From the NCBI RefSeq assembly GCF_001194135.2, contig NC_068981.1, positions 87,723,745 to 87,787,744 of the forward strand: DNA of 64,000 nucleotides, read 5' to 3'. Shown here piece after piece: positions 25,615 to 36,199 of the stretch. The stretch comes from Octopus bimaculoides. Taxonomy: Eukaryota. How positions within the stretch are numbered: position 1 is the first letter of the stretch; every line of letters starts with the position of its first letter. The position numbers were made by a program, and so were the translations under genes. A model generated the notes under the pieces. The model saw nothing but the letters and a program-made list of their open reading frames with translations. It was not told where the DNA came from and searched no databases.

Positions 25615-25845
25615 AAATTACATTCTTCTCCAGGTCATAGAGCCTTCTTTGTCATGTACATGTAAAGAATGCGACATATAAGCACATAATAAAGAGCAGG
25701 CCGTAATTCCTGTCTGTTTTTCGTGAGTGGAAAAATCCACTCTAACAGAGGCGAGAATAAAAACCGCTCTTGTTGAGTCGTGTTGACTATGGTTGGAGAT
25801 GTTGGTAATACGTAGTTCGGTCTCCATGGCCGTATTTGTTCTTTA
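25615..25845 (-). pseudogene. possible decayed gag N-terminus / leader of the truncated LTR element
   Basis: Position directly downstream of the PBS array; only weak resemblance to Gypsy gag (LFSPLLEWIF...LYYVL). Confidence 0.25.
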
Positions 25846-25934
25846 GTCGGGTTCACCAGTTATAAGTTGGTAGTCCAGAATTCATGCTGCGTTTTTTCTT
25901 TGTCGGGGTCACCACTTTAGTAGAAAGTGGGTTA

Positions 25935-25980
25935 TTGCAGCTCAGCGGGCTGCGTGTTCGAATCACGTCGGGGGTCACCA
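25935..25980 (+). other. retrocopy of the 3' half of mature tRNA-Trp (with CCA), forming an extended PBS
   Basis: ggctgcgtgttcgaatcacgtcgggg(g)tcacca matches the tRNA-Trp(CCA) T-arm and acceptor strand plus CCA as recalled; T stem gcgtg/cacgt around loop ttcgaat; weaker match back to the anticodon loop. Confidence 0.75.
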
Positions 25981-25981
25981 G

Positions 25982-26392
25982 TATAGTAGAAAGTGGGTTA
26001 TACATCTTTAGATGTATACTTGACTTTCCTACTATAAAATTAAAGAATATAAAGGAACGCTGAACTCCAGACTATCAACTTAAACAACACTTTATTCAGG
26101 TGGTAAATATATACATCTTTAGTTCTTGTTGTTACAGCTTCTGTTGTGTATGAGCATAGTTGTTGAGACGTTGTTCTGTAGTTGTAAGCGAGCTGTCGAG
26201 TGTAAGTCCGAAAGATGTAGAGAGACAGCTTAACACGTAAAGAGACTGTCTCCAGGTTGGAGTATTAGAGACACTCTTGACACGTCCGTGCTCATGGTCG
26301 GCCGACCGTAAAACAGAAAGATTAAAGCGGGAACGCTTGCTTGTTTAATTCCACGCATGCGTGAGACTACGCATGCGCACAGCGTTACTACA
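25982..26392 (-). mobile_element. 5' LTR of an LTR retrotransposon (probably Ty3/Gypsy), no partner LTR in the window
   Basis: Minus strand starts TGTAGTA and ends TACTATA (near-TIR); AATAAA at 26091-26096; two CGCATGCG palindromes near the 5' end; followed after 1 nt by the PBS TGGTGACCCC. Confidence 0.75.
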
Positions 26393-26639
26393 ATATAATT
26401 TGCATAAAAGTTTGTGTTGCCGATATTATCCTTAGGATATGAGATTTCTTGAAACTTGTGGACATGGTTAAATCAGTATAATCTAGTATCTTCAGGTAAT
26501 ATTCTTGTGTTAGATTAAGAATTCAACCTGGAACCTTTATTTAACCACCAAGGTCTGATGTTCTAACCACTTAACGTCCTAAAGGACATTGTTGCCATTT
26601 CAATTTAAGTTGGGTTTTTTTCTTTTCCGAGGAGATAAA

Positions 26640-27215
26640 GGAATATGCCTACTTGGGGCACATAATAAATATGTACCATGATATGGATGCTGAAATCTCA
26701 AGAATAAGGGCAAGACAGTAGGTCTTTACCTCAATAAAAGATGTGCTCAAACCAAAACTGGACAAGACCCTATGTACCAGTCTCTTAAATGGCACCATCC
26801 TAAGTGTGTTTTTATATGCAAGTGAGAATTGGAACATACGAAACGGAAAGGACATTGACTACAATACAAAGGGCCATGGAAATTTCTATGCTGGGAATAT
26901 CAATGTGAGAACAAACCCAAAATAAGGTGATTCAAGAACATCAGAGTGAACAACATAATCACAAAATATCAGAAGTACAAGTTCTTCTGGGCTGGACATG
27001 TTGCAAGGTTCACAGACAACAGGTGGAACTGTGCAGTTGCTGGGTGGTATCCAAGAGATCAGAAAATGCCACTTGGAAGGCTTTCACAACAGTGAGAAGA
27101 GGATTTAGTAAAAGAATTAGGGCCAAGATGAAAAAGAAGGGCACAATCAAAAAGGAATTGGAAGTGCACCATGACCAACAGTTGTTAGTGACGATAGTCT
27201 GGTTAACACGATATG
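26640..27215 (+). mobile_element. RTE-type LINE 3' fragment (different subfamily)
   Basis: TILSVFLYASENW; alternative frame KFFWAGHVARFTDNRWNCAVAGWYPRDQK. Confidence 0.78.
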
Positions 27216-27999
27216 AAAATGGGGTAATTGACACAATCTGGCAAGCAGAAATAGCTAATAATGCAGATGGACTAACTCACTGCATCACTGCGGTCCACTT
27301 ATCTAACTCACTCTTTACCAATTTATCTCCTTCTCCTTCACACTAATCTTTGACTTTCTCTTCCCTCTATCTCCATTACGCCCACCCCAACACTTGCTTA
27401 GCCCTAGGTCAACCCTAATCCTGAAAACCTATGATCAAAAGCATTCCATTTGTGACAATCCTATTATTCACTGTTTCTGGAATTACATTTTGTGTGTTCT
27501 TCCTATTTCAAAATGGTATTTGAAGGAGAGAAGGCAACTATTTTTAGTAGATTGAGCAACTGTGTACAGACCCCTCCTTGGTTATTAGTTATCTGTAAGT
27601 ATAAAGCTGGAATTTAATACTGTGTAATTAGTGAGGTTAATGAGTTAGCAAAAGATGTGATATATCTCATGAAAATGGAATTCAATGAACACTGAGAACT
27701 GTTTATATGGTTTGTTTTAACTAAGTAATTTCTGTTACACAGATGTTACAATTTGTGATGAATGTTGTGGTAGTACTAGTATGTTGATTAAGCTATAAGT
27801 AAGGTAATACATGTATAAGAAACCTGATACATAGCAATAAATTCAGTGATTGAAATAGAACAAATTAAGCGTGTTCCTTTGAATATGTAAATTTTGAGTT
27901 ATCTTTTGTGAAAGGTTGTGTGCAAAGTAGCTGTGTAGCAAAATCATTGGATCTATGCAGTGGTTTGGATCTGCGATCATGATATATGGTTAATTCACA

Positions 28000-28196
28000 T
28001 TACTCTGAATGAGCATAGAGCCAGTTTCTCTGGATGGGACGTCAAAGAAATCCTCTTTTTTTACCAGCTGTGTGGAGTGGAGCAATGTGCAAAGTGTTTT
28101 GCTCAAGAACACAATGCATTGCCCAGTCCAGGAATTGAAATCACCATCTTATGATCATGAGTCCAACACTGTAATCGCTACACCATGCGCCTCCCC
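28000..28196 (-). mobile_element. tRNA-derived SINE, family C
   Basis: Minus gggaggcgcatggtgtag...gcattgtgttcttgagcaaaacact; homologous to 28850 and to about 57290-57465. Confidence 0.65.
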
Positions 28197-28849
28197 ACTG
28201 CTCAGTATTAAAAGTCATTTCATTCATGGCTAGAAGGAACCTAACTGACAAACAACATAGAATTGGAATTCACTCAGTGACTTAGCTAGGCAGAGTTTGA
28301 TTCTTTTCAATAACATCTAGCATGAGACTTTTTCTATAAATGCTTATTCTGATGGTTAAGTTTCAGGAAGAAGTGCATCACCCATAATCCATATCAGGGC
28401 ATTTGTAATGATGGAAGTATCCTCAGACTGGAGACATGACCTGAATGCTTGGAACAAAGTGAACTCTACCAAATCTGTCTAAAGGCCAGTAATAGTGTTA
28501 AACCAAATGACAGATGATTAAGTCTATCACCCAAAATTACTCCTATTACACATACATAATCAGTGAAAGGTCATTAGAATCTATAAACCGTAATATCTGT
28601 AGAGAATGTGAAGATCTTATGAATGTATTCTTCATGAATTGGGAGGATATATAGTATTGTAGATTTTTGTTCTTGATATGTCTGTCTTACTGCTGGATTA
28701 CTGTATTGCCATTTCAGGACAATTTGAGATCTCTGTTCATTAAAGTTGTGAGTAAAAGGACAGGGGAAGTGAAGAGTGATATTATCCACATGAAAGTTTT
28801 GAGTTTTGTATGTGGTTAAAGGTAATAATGAACATGTCATCACTGTAGA

Positions 28850-29085
28850 GGTGAAGGTGCATGACTTAGTGGTCAGGGAGTTGCAGTCACAATATTATGA
28901 TTTCCATTCCCAGATTGAGTGGTGCATTGTGTTCTAGAGCAAAACACTTCATTTCAAGTTTCTCCGGTCCACTCAGCTGTAAATGAGTTACCCTGTGACA
29001 GACTGGCATCCCATTCAGGAGAAATATGATCTCAGTCTCTTATACTCCATAGAAACCAGGTAACCAGCCCTTTGAGTCCTAGAAC
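28850..29085 (+). mobile_element. tRNA-derived SINE, family C
   Basis: gtgcattgtgttctagagcaaaacacttcatt...ccactcagctgtaaatgagt. Confidence 0.65.
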
Positions 29086-30231
29086 TTGAGACAGTTCTTA
29101 TGTAAAAAGGAAAGAGTGCAGGAAAAATAACTGAAGTCTGAGATGCAGGAAAAGTTGAAACATGTTGACACATTGCTATAAAAAGTGGTTGTCAGTAAAC
29201 TTCAAATCCAAGAGATGAACAAGTAGCTTTGCTGGAAGATTACACTGCGTAACACAATTTTTGTCTTTGAGTAGCAACTCTTGTTGTCCTCCTATTTGTT
29301 TATCCCTAGAAAGTATGAAAAATGGCTAATATTTCCTTCAAACTTTGCTTTTGTTATATTTATTCAAACGCCAAAGAATCCTATTAATGATCTGTAGGGA
29401 CACTGTATTTCATTATGCAACCATAATATACTACATAATATATTAAATATTTTTATATGTCAATACCATGCTCTACTGCTTTAGCAGTATTATTATATCA
29501 CCTGTTAAGGTTAGGTTATCTCTACAGATTTTCTATAGAAATTATAGCCAGTACAAAATCAGTGCTGGCTATAATTTCTGTAGAAATATCTAAAGAATCC
29601 CTCTCAGCACATGACTACTCCTACTCATGATCAGAAATGCACATATTGTCAGCCACTAAAGGGCATGCTCAAGTGGTTAGGGTCAAGCAACTGACAAGCA
29701 AACCTGTGGTACAGAGTAGAATATTTGCTATAACAATATTTCTACTTCAGCAACTCAGTACTAAATCTGTCTGAAATGTAATGGAAAATGGATCAGTTTC
29801 AAAATATTGATGTCCAGGTCACAAAAGCAAAGTTTGAAGGGAATAGTAGTCATTTCCTTTGATTTCTAGATAGAAGCAAATAGGAAATAACACTTATTGA
29901 CCAAAGACAAAAGAATAAAAATTTTATTACCCAGTGTTATTGGCTGAAAGTTTTACTAACATTAAGGATAAAAATTTCACTTTTAACATTTTCCACAATA
30001 AGTGAAATGAGTGTACCAGGAAAAAACACTTGTTTCCATAAAAACTATATTGTGGTCACTGAAGAAGTAAAGAGATTCAAGGTTATAAAGAAGGTGACCT
30101 CATTAGTGTTGATGGTATGAAAAAAGCATCCAGTATATGCTGTAAAAGACATCCCGCTGTAGAAACCACACAATGCAGTCCTTGGAGCCGTTGATTCCTG
30201 TCAACCTATCCAACCCAGGCTACCATGGAAC

Positions 30232-30750
30232 ATCATCATCATTATCATTTATCATCCATTTTTCATGTTAGCATGGGCTGGATGGTTTGACAGGAGCTGG
30301 CCAGCTGGGAACTGTCCAGACTCCATGTCAGTTCTGGCATGGTTTCTACAGCTGGATGTCCTTCCTAACATCAACCACTTTACAGAATGTACTGAGTTCC
30401 TTTATGTGACACTGACATGGGCACTTTTATGTGCATGGGTGCTTTTTACATGGCACCAGCACTCATGAGTCCACAAGATTAGGATCATTCAGCTGATGAG
30501 GAATGTAGGGGACAAGCCTATATGCAAGGACAGCCACAATTTTACTTAACTTGATGTGTCTTCTCAAACATAGCAAGCTGCCAGAAGTCTTACTCCCTTG
30601 TCATTCCCTCTGTGAGGCCCAACAACTGAAAATCCTTTCTCACCACTTCATCCCACATCTTCCTGAGTCTACCCCTTCCACAGATTCCCTCCACAATTAG
30701 AGTTTGGCACTTCTTGATACAGCTGTCCTCATCAATATGGACATTAAATG
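30232..30750 (-). mobile_element. older RTE 3' end
   Basis: DEDSCIKKCQTLIVEGICGRGRLRKMWDEVVRKDF plus the shared 3' UTR. Confidence 0.75.
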
Positions 30751-31199
30751 ATGATATATATATATATATATATATATATATCATCATCATCGTTTAACAT
30801 CTGCTTTCCATGCTAGCATGGGTTGGATGATTTGATTGAGGACTGGTGGACCAGGTGACAAACTTCTTTCAGTTTCTGTCTACCACATCCACTCACAAGC
30901 CTTTGCTTGACCCAAGACTGTAGTAGAAGGCACTTGCTCAAGGTACTACACAGTGGAAATGAAGCTGAAACCAAGTAGTTGGGAAGCAAACTTCATAACT
31001 ACATGACCATGACTGCTTGTGGTAAAATATAAACTTAAGACTAACTGACTAAAAAGCCCAGTTATGAGTGTTGATTTATTTCAGAAGGGCACCATACCAC
31101 ATTTTATAAAGTAGGTATGTAACTGATTGAATCAATTTAGTACATTTCTGAGCAGAAATAAAATCAACTCCAAACATATATGGGTGAATCTAAATAGTG

Positions 31200-31396
31200 A
31201 TTTCAAATTTTGGCACAAGGCCAGTATTTTGGCGGAGGGAGTAAGCTGTTTACATTGACCCCCAAGTACTCGACTGGTACTTATTTTATCAACCCTGAAA
31301 GGATGAAAGGTAAAGTTGAGCTCAGAACATAAAACAGACAAGATGCCACTAAGCATTTTGCTAGGTATGGTAACGATTCTGCCAGCTCACCACCTT
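31200..31396 (-). mobile_element. tRNA-derived SINE, family B
   Basis: Minus head ggtggtgagctggcagaatcgtta, gttctgagctcaact, tail ggccttgtgccaaaatttgaaa; homologous to 34866 and to fragments at 1499-1800. Confidence 0.75.
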
Positions 31397-33139
31397 AATG
31401 AATCTAAATATTGCAGGACATTTAATTCTTTGCCTGCATAATTAAATTTCATGGTCAATCCTATGATAATGTTAACTATCCACCAAAAAACAAAAAGGAA
31501 AGTTTCTGTTTCTGCATTTCCTGTAGTACAGTTTCCATATCCACCAAAAACGTATTTGATCCTTGCTCTATAAGAGACATTTGGTGAAATATGGGAAAAA
31601 AATTAAGAAAATCTGAAAAATTGTCTTTTGTATAACGTGTCCAAAGGAGTGTTGCTGCTTCTTGCAGCATAAGAAGCTATTCAAAGCCATTAGGTAAAAC
31701 TGTTTTCTGCAATTAAAAGTAACTTTCCACATACAAAGGGTCAAATAATTTTTGATATTAAAAAGGCTGATAATGTTCTATGATTGTTGGAATTTCTATT
31801 ACATAAAAAAATTATGTGAAAAGTGTTCTATTCTATGCAAATGCATTTTGCAAATGTAAGAGTTAGGAGACATGGAGTCAACTTTGCTTTTCCCTGGTTC
31901 AATAGTATACCTTCTATACCTATTGCCCTTACAAAAATTGATATATTATCTAATGGGATACAAGCATGGCTGTGATTAAGAAATCAACTTCACAATAACA
32001 AGGTTCTGGGTTCAATCCCACTTAAGAGTAGAATTTCTTAAACAGAAAATGTATGGAAGCCCATTATATACCATCATACTTTTATGTCTTACATGCTTGC
32101 ATGAATTGGGTAGGTTGTCTTGGTCCAAGTCAGTTCTTGTTTGAAGTTACTGCTCTCCTGGGAAGGTCTCATTTCCTTTTTTGCAGGGTTCCTACATCTG
32201 GGTGCCCTTCCTGAAGACAACTATTTTACAAAGTGTATTGGGTGGATTTTATTGAGATACCAGCACTAGTAAGTATGTTTTGACTCAACACTGTGTTGTC
32301 TCAGGAACATGATCTATAGAGTGAATAAAAGAGTGGAGTGTAGTGGTTGTGGGGCTTATTGTTACTCAACTTTTTCTTTCTATTGAGTGTATCTGGAGGG
32401 TCTGCATTAGCTTCCTGTATTCCTACAGCCTCAATTATTTGTTATAATGTTGGGTCTTTTGGATGTGTGGAAAGAAAATTTGATATTTTTTTTATTGATT
32501 CATGATGATTCTGTATAGCAAGTTGATAGAGTAGAGATGTTTGCTTCTTTTCAATGTATTCCTGTCACATTAGACACATGGAAGAGCAATGCAAAGACAC
32601 CATTACAAACTATATTAGAGAAAGGTCCCACATTGTAGGTGAAAGGATCACAGAACACTAGCAAATATTTTTTATCCAGCCCACCAGCTCACTGTTTTTC
32701 TATATCAGTAGAAGTGACATTTGTCTGAGCATGTAGCTGATGGTGAATATTTTTTACCGATGTCATGCAAGTACGCAGAAATCCTGTCAGACACCTTCCA
32801 TCTGCTACTGATATGCTTCTGTGTTTTTTAGCACTATACATCTATATGGATTGCTTTCTCCAAACAAATACCACAATATTATGGCTTTCTTACAGTATAT
32901 CCATGTTAAGTAAGATATATTTACACACACACACACACACATATATATATTTATATTTTTATATATTATATATGTAAAGCATAATATGTTATACATGTAT
33001 GAATATTGTTATGATTGTCGTTTTAAAAAATTAAAAAATAGACATAATATAATGTCTAAAAGTTGCTTGATCCCATCCTACCACCTGTCTTTGTCTGTTG
33101 TTTTTTCGTAAATTCTCCCATATATATATATATATATAT

Positions 33140-33352
33140 CTGTAAAAATATGTGACACTTATTCAGTAGCCATGATAAAACTCCGAGTTTCGGATACCAG
33201 GGTGGGAGCCCACGCCAACATTTCTTCAGTTATCCGGCCAATTGAAAATTCCTGTCGGATAACTGAAAAGATGTTGGCGTGGGCTCCCACCCTGGCATCC
33301 AAAACTCGGAGTTTTATCATGGCTACTGAATAAGTGTCACATATTTTTACAG
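33140..33352. mobile_element. near-perfect palindromic (foldback) element inside (TA)n
   Basis: 97-bp arms 33140-33236 and 33256-33352, about 4 mismatches, 19-nt loop. Confidence 0.8.
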
Positions 33353-33369
33353 ATATATATATATATATA

Positions 33370-33759
33370 NNNNNNNNNNNNNNNNNNNNNNNNNNNNNNN
33401 NNNNNNNNNNNNNNNNNNNNNNNNNNNNNNNNNNNNNNNNNNNNNNNNNNNNNNNNNNNNNNNNNNNNNNNNNNNNNNNNNNNNNNNNNNNNNNNNNNNN
33501 NNNNNNNNNNNNNNNNNNNNNNNNNNNNNNNNNNNNNNNNNNNNNNNNNNNNNNNNNNNNNNNNNNNNNNNNNNNNNNNNNNNNNNNNNNNNNNNNNNNN
33601 NNNNNNNNNNNNNNNNNNNNNNNNNNNNNNNNNNNNNNNNNNNNNNNNNNNNNNNNNNNNNNNNNNNNNNNNNNNNNNNNNNNNNNNNNNNNNNNNNNNN
33701 NNNNNNNNNNNNNNNNNNNNNNNNNNNNNNNNNNNNNNNNNNNNNNNNNNNNNNNNNNN
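33370..33759. other. assembly gap (other gaps: 7451-7460, 51471-51652, 53184-53193)
   Basis: N runs. Confidence 1.
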
Positions 33760-34000
33760 GGTGGCACATAAAAGACACCATTTCGAGCGTGGCCGTTTTC
33801 GTGCGGGTGACACGTAAAAGCACCCACTATACTCTCTGAGTGGTTGGCGTTAGGAAGGGCATCCAGCTGTAGAAACTCTGCCAAATCAGACTGGAGCCTG
33901 GTGTTGCCATCCGGTTTCACCAGTCCTCAGTCAAATCGTCCAACCCATGCTAGCATGGAAAGCAGACGTTAAACGATGATGATGATGATGATGATGATGA
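33760..34000 (+). mobile_element. young RTE-type 3' end with (GAT)n tail, starting at a gap
   Basis: Reverse complement of the 10250 copy with few differences. Confidence 0.75.
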
Positions 34001-34070
34001 TATATATATAGTTTGTAAAAAACATAAATCTGAAAGAAGACACACACTCTAAGATGTAGAGCAGTATATA

Positions 34071-34326
34071 TTAAAAAATGGAGAAGGCCAGTTTATGGGA
34101 TTACCTTAGGTATCCCAACCTTTGAGTAGTGATGCATTTCCCCCTCTATATTTTTTAGAGGTCATTGGCCAACAGGACCTTTGAGTAGTGAAGCATTTCC
34201 CCCTCCACATTTTTAAGAGGTCATGGGCCAACAGGTTTTTGGGATTCGACAATATGCCATGAAGTTAAACCCTTTATGGATGAGAAACCTAAGGTAATTC
34301 CATAAACCAGCCTTCCCCATTTTTAA
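34071..34326. mobile_element. TA-flanked MITE with ~40-bp TIRs and an internal 59-bp tandem duplication
   Basis: Left ttaaaaaatggagaaggccagtttatgggattaccttaggt, right acctaaggtaattccataaaccagccttccccatttttaa; repeats at 34118-34176 and 34177-34235. Confidence 0.7.
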
Positions 34327-34390
34327 TATATATATATATATATAAGAATTTAAGGATTGGAGAAAACGCATGTTATAATTGCATACTTTA

Positions 34391-34474
34391 TTCCTACATA
34401 TGTTTCAAAGGATTACAACCTGTGTGATCCATAGGGATCTTTGATATTAAAATTGTAACCTTCTCATCAGGGAA
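34391..34474 (-). ncRNA. type I hammerhead ribozyme, identical mirror copy in the left arm of the inverted repeat
   Basis: Exact reverse complement of 34560-34643. Confidence 0.8.
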
Positions 34475-34559
34475 AGCATGGGAATCAAGTCATAACCTTA
34501 TCCATCTATTGTTTTCATAATCGGTCATAATGTCTTACGTTTAAGATGATTCCCATGCT

Positions 34560-34643
34560 TTCCCTGATGAGAAGGTTACAATTTTAATATCAAAGATCCC
34601 TATGGATCACACAGGTTGTAATCCTTTGAAACATATGTAGGAA
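34560..34643 (+). ncRNA. type I hammerhead ribozyme (Penelope-type, palindromic helix III)
   Basis: Helix I ttcc/ggaa; core CTGATGA 34564-34570; 11-bp helix II gaaggttacaa/ttgtaa(t)ccttt; GAAA 34628-34631; helix III ACATATGT self-complementary; predicted cleavage GUA after 34639. Confidence 0.8.
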
Positions 34644-34865
34644 TAAAGTATGCAATTATAACATGCGTTTTCTCCAATCCTTAAATTCTTAAATATACTC
34701 AAATACCCAAAATTTCAAGGAGTTCCTGCCTTAAAAACAGGAGCTAACCACAGTTATTTTGTGTTCTTTGCTACATTGGTTTCTATTAACCCATTTATTC
34801 TATCAGAAGAATTTTTATTCATTAAGATAGAATAAATACACATAATTATATATATATATATATAT

Positions 34866-35078
34866 AATGGCTTCAAATTTTGATACAAGGTCAGCAATCT
34901 AGGGGAGGGGTAAGTTGATTACATTGATCCTAGTACTCAACTGATACCTATTTTATCAACTCCGAAAGGATGAAAGGCAAAGTTGACCTTGGCGGAATTC
35001 GAACTCAGAATGTAAAGACAGACAAAATGTTACTAAGCATCTAGCCTAGCGTGCTTACACTTCTGCCAGTTTGGCACC
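34866..35078 (-). mobile_element. tRNA-derived SINE, family B
   Basis: ttctgagttcgaattccgccaaggtcaactttgcctttcatcctttcgg. Confidence 0.75.
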
Positions 35079-35572
35079 TTTGAGTAAGAGATATATAATG
35101 AAAGAAATAAAATAACCAGTTTCTATTAACATGCTACACAGAGCCACAGTGGATTGATAAAACAATTTGAAGGAAAAATTCTATCCAGTCATCAAAAAGA
35201 TGCAACATTATAACAGACAAAGAGGCTGTACAAACACAGAAAGCATATTCTAACTCACCAACCCATCACATGTGCTCAAGAGAAAGAATGAATGGAATAA
35301 CAACACCCACCACCAGTCATACGAGAATAAAGACGTAATGAAATTAAAACCAACTAAACTCAACTACTACCATGTGCACACGACAAGAAAACATGTAAAT
35401 GTGTAAATAAAATGGAACCAGTACAGTAACAGAACAGAGATGGGATATAATAGTACAACAACCAAAAGAAATCATATGGAGAATTTAAACCCATCAGAAG
35501 GTCATTGGGCAAATGTGATAAAGTGACTCTTACAAAATATAATGTACGTACGTATGTATGTATGTATGTGTC

Positions 35573-36199
35573 TATAATTTAAACATAGTGCAGAGTAATT
35601 ATAGTAAATAGATAAAGGCTCTTACAGCTGTTTCTAGAATAGCTAAGCATCAGAGAGAGAGAGAGAGAGAATATCCTTCGTTAAGGATATTAGTAGTTAC
35701 CAGTTCAAAGAAAAACTATGGCATATCTGAGGAGAGATAATAGTGGTTGGTAGTTCCATGACTGAAAAATTAATGAAATCCTTAGTAAAAGATGATATCA
35801 GTTAGCAGTTCCATTGTTGAAGTATCAAAGAAAATCTAAAGTAACAGGTAATAGAAGTTACTAGTTTTGTCTTTGAAGGGAAAATGAGGTAGATTTTCCT
35901 TGATACTTCAACAATGGAACTGCTAACAGATATTATCTTTTACTAAAGATTTCATTGATTCTTTGGTCATGGAATTACTAACCACTATTATCTTTCTATT
36001 TAGTTTTTCAATGAACTGGTAACTACTAATAACATTAATTAAGGATATTCTTTACTTATTTCTCTCTCTCCAATGACAGAATAGTTAGCTTTCATGGAAA
36101 TCCTTGCTCAATAGCATATGCTCCACATGCTATTCTTGAAACAGATGTAAGAAACTTTACCTATTTACTATAACTATGGTGTACTACGTTTAAATTATA
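35573..36199. mobile_element. older imperfect inverted-repeat cassette with a degenerate hammerhead in each arm
   Basis: Arms about 35573-35838 and 35890-36199 are diverged reverse complements; GAAACAGCTGTAAGAG on minus (35619-35634) mirrors GAAACAGATGTAAGA on plus (36138-36152). Confidence 0.65.

Larger units (their letters stand above)
34343..34691. mobile_element. perfect 144-bp inverted-repeat cassette carrying twin hammerheads; probable Penelope-like element inverted pseudo-LTR derivative
   Basis: Arms 34343-34486 and 34548-34691 are exact reverse complements; 61-nt spacer; left edge abuts (TA)n. Confidence 0.7.

Noticed and set aside
25935-25980. Functional tRNA gene
   Set aside because: Only the 3' half is present, the CCA is encoded and the anticodon is altered; treated as a primer-derived retrocopy.
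33159-33920. ORFs of 145-253 aa
   Set aside because: Mostly N-gap translated as X; the flanks are repeats.
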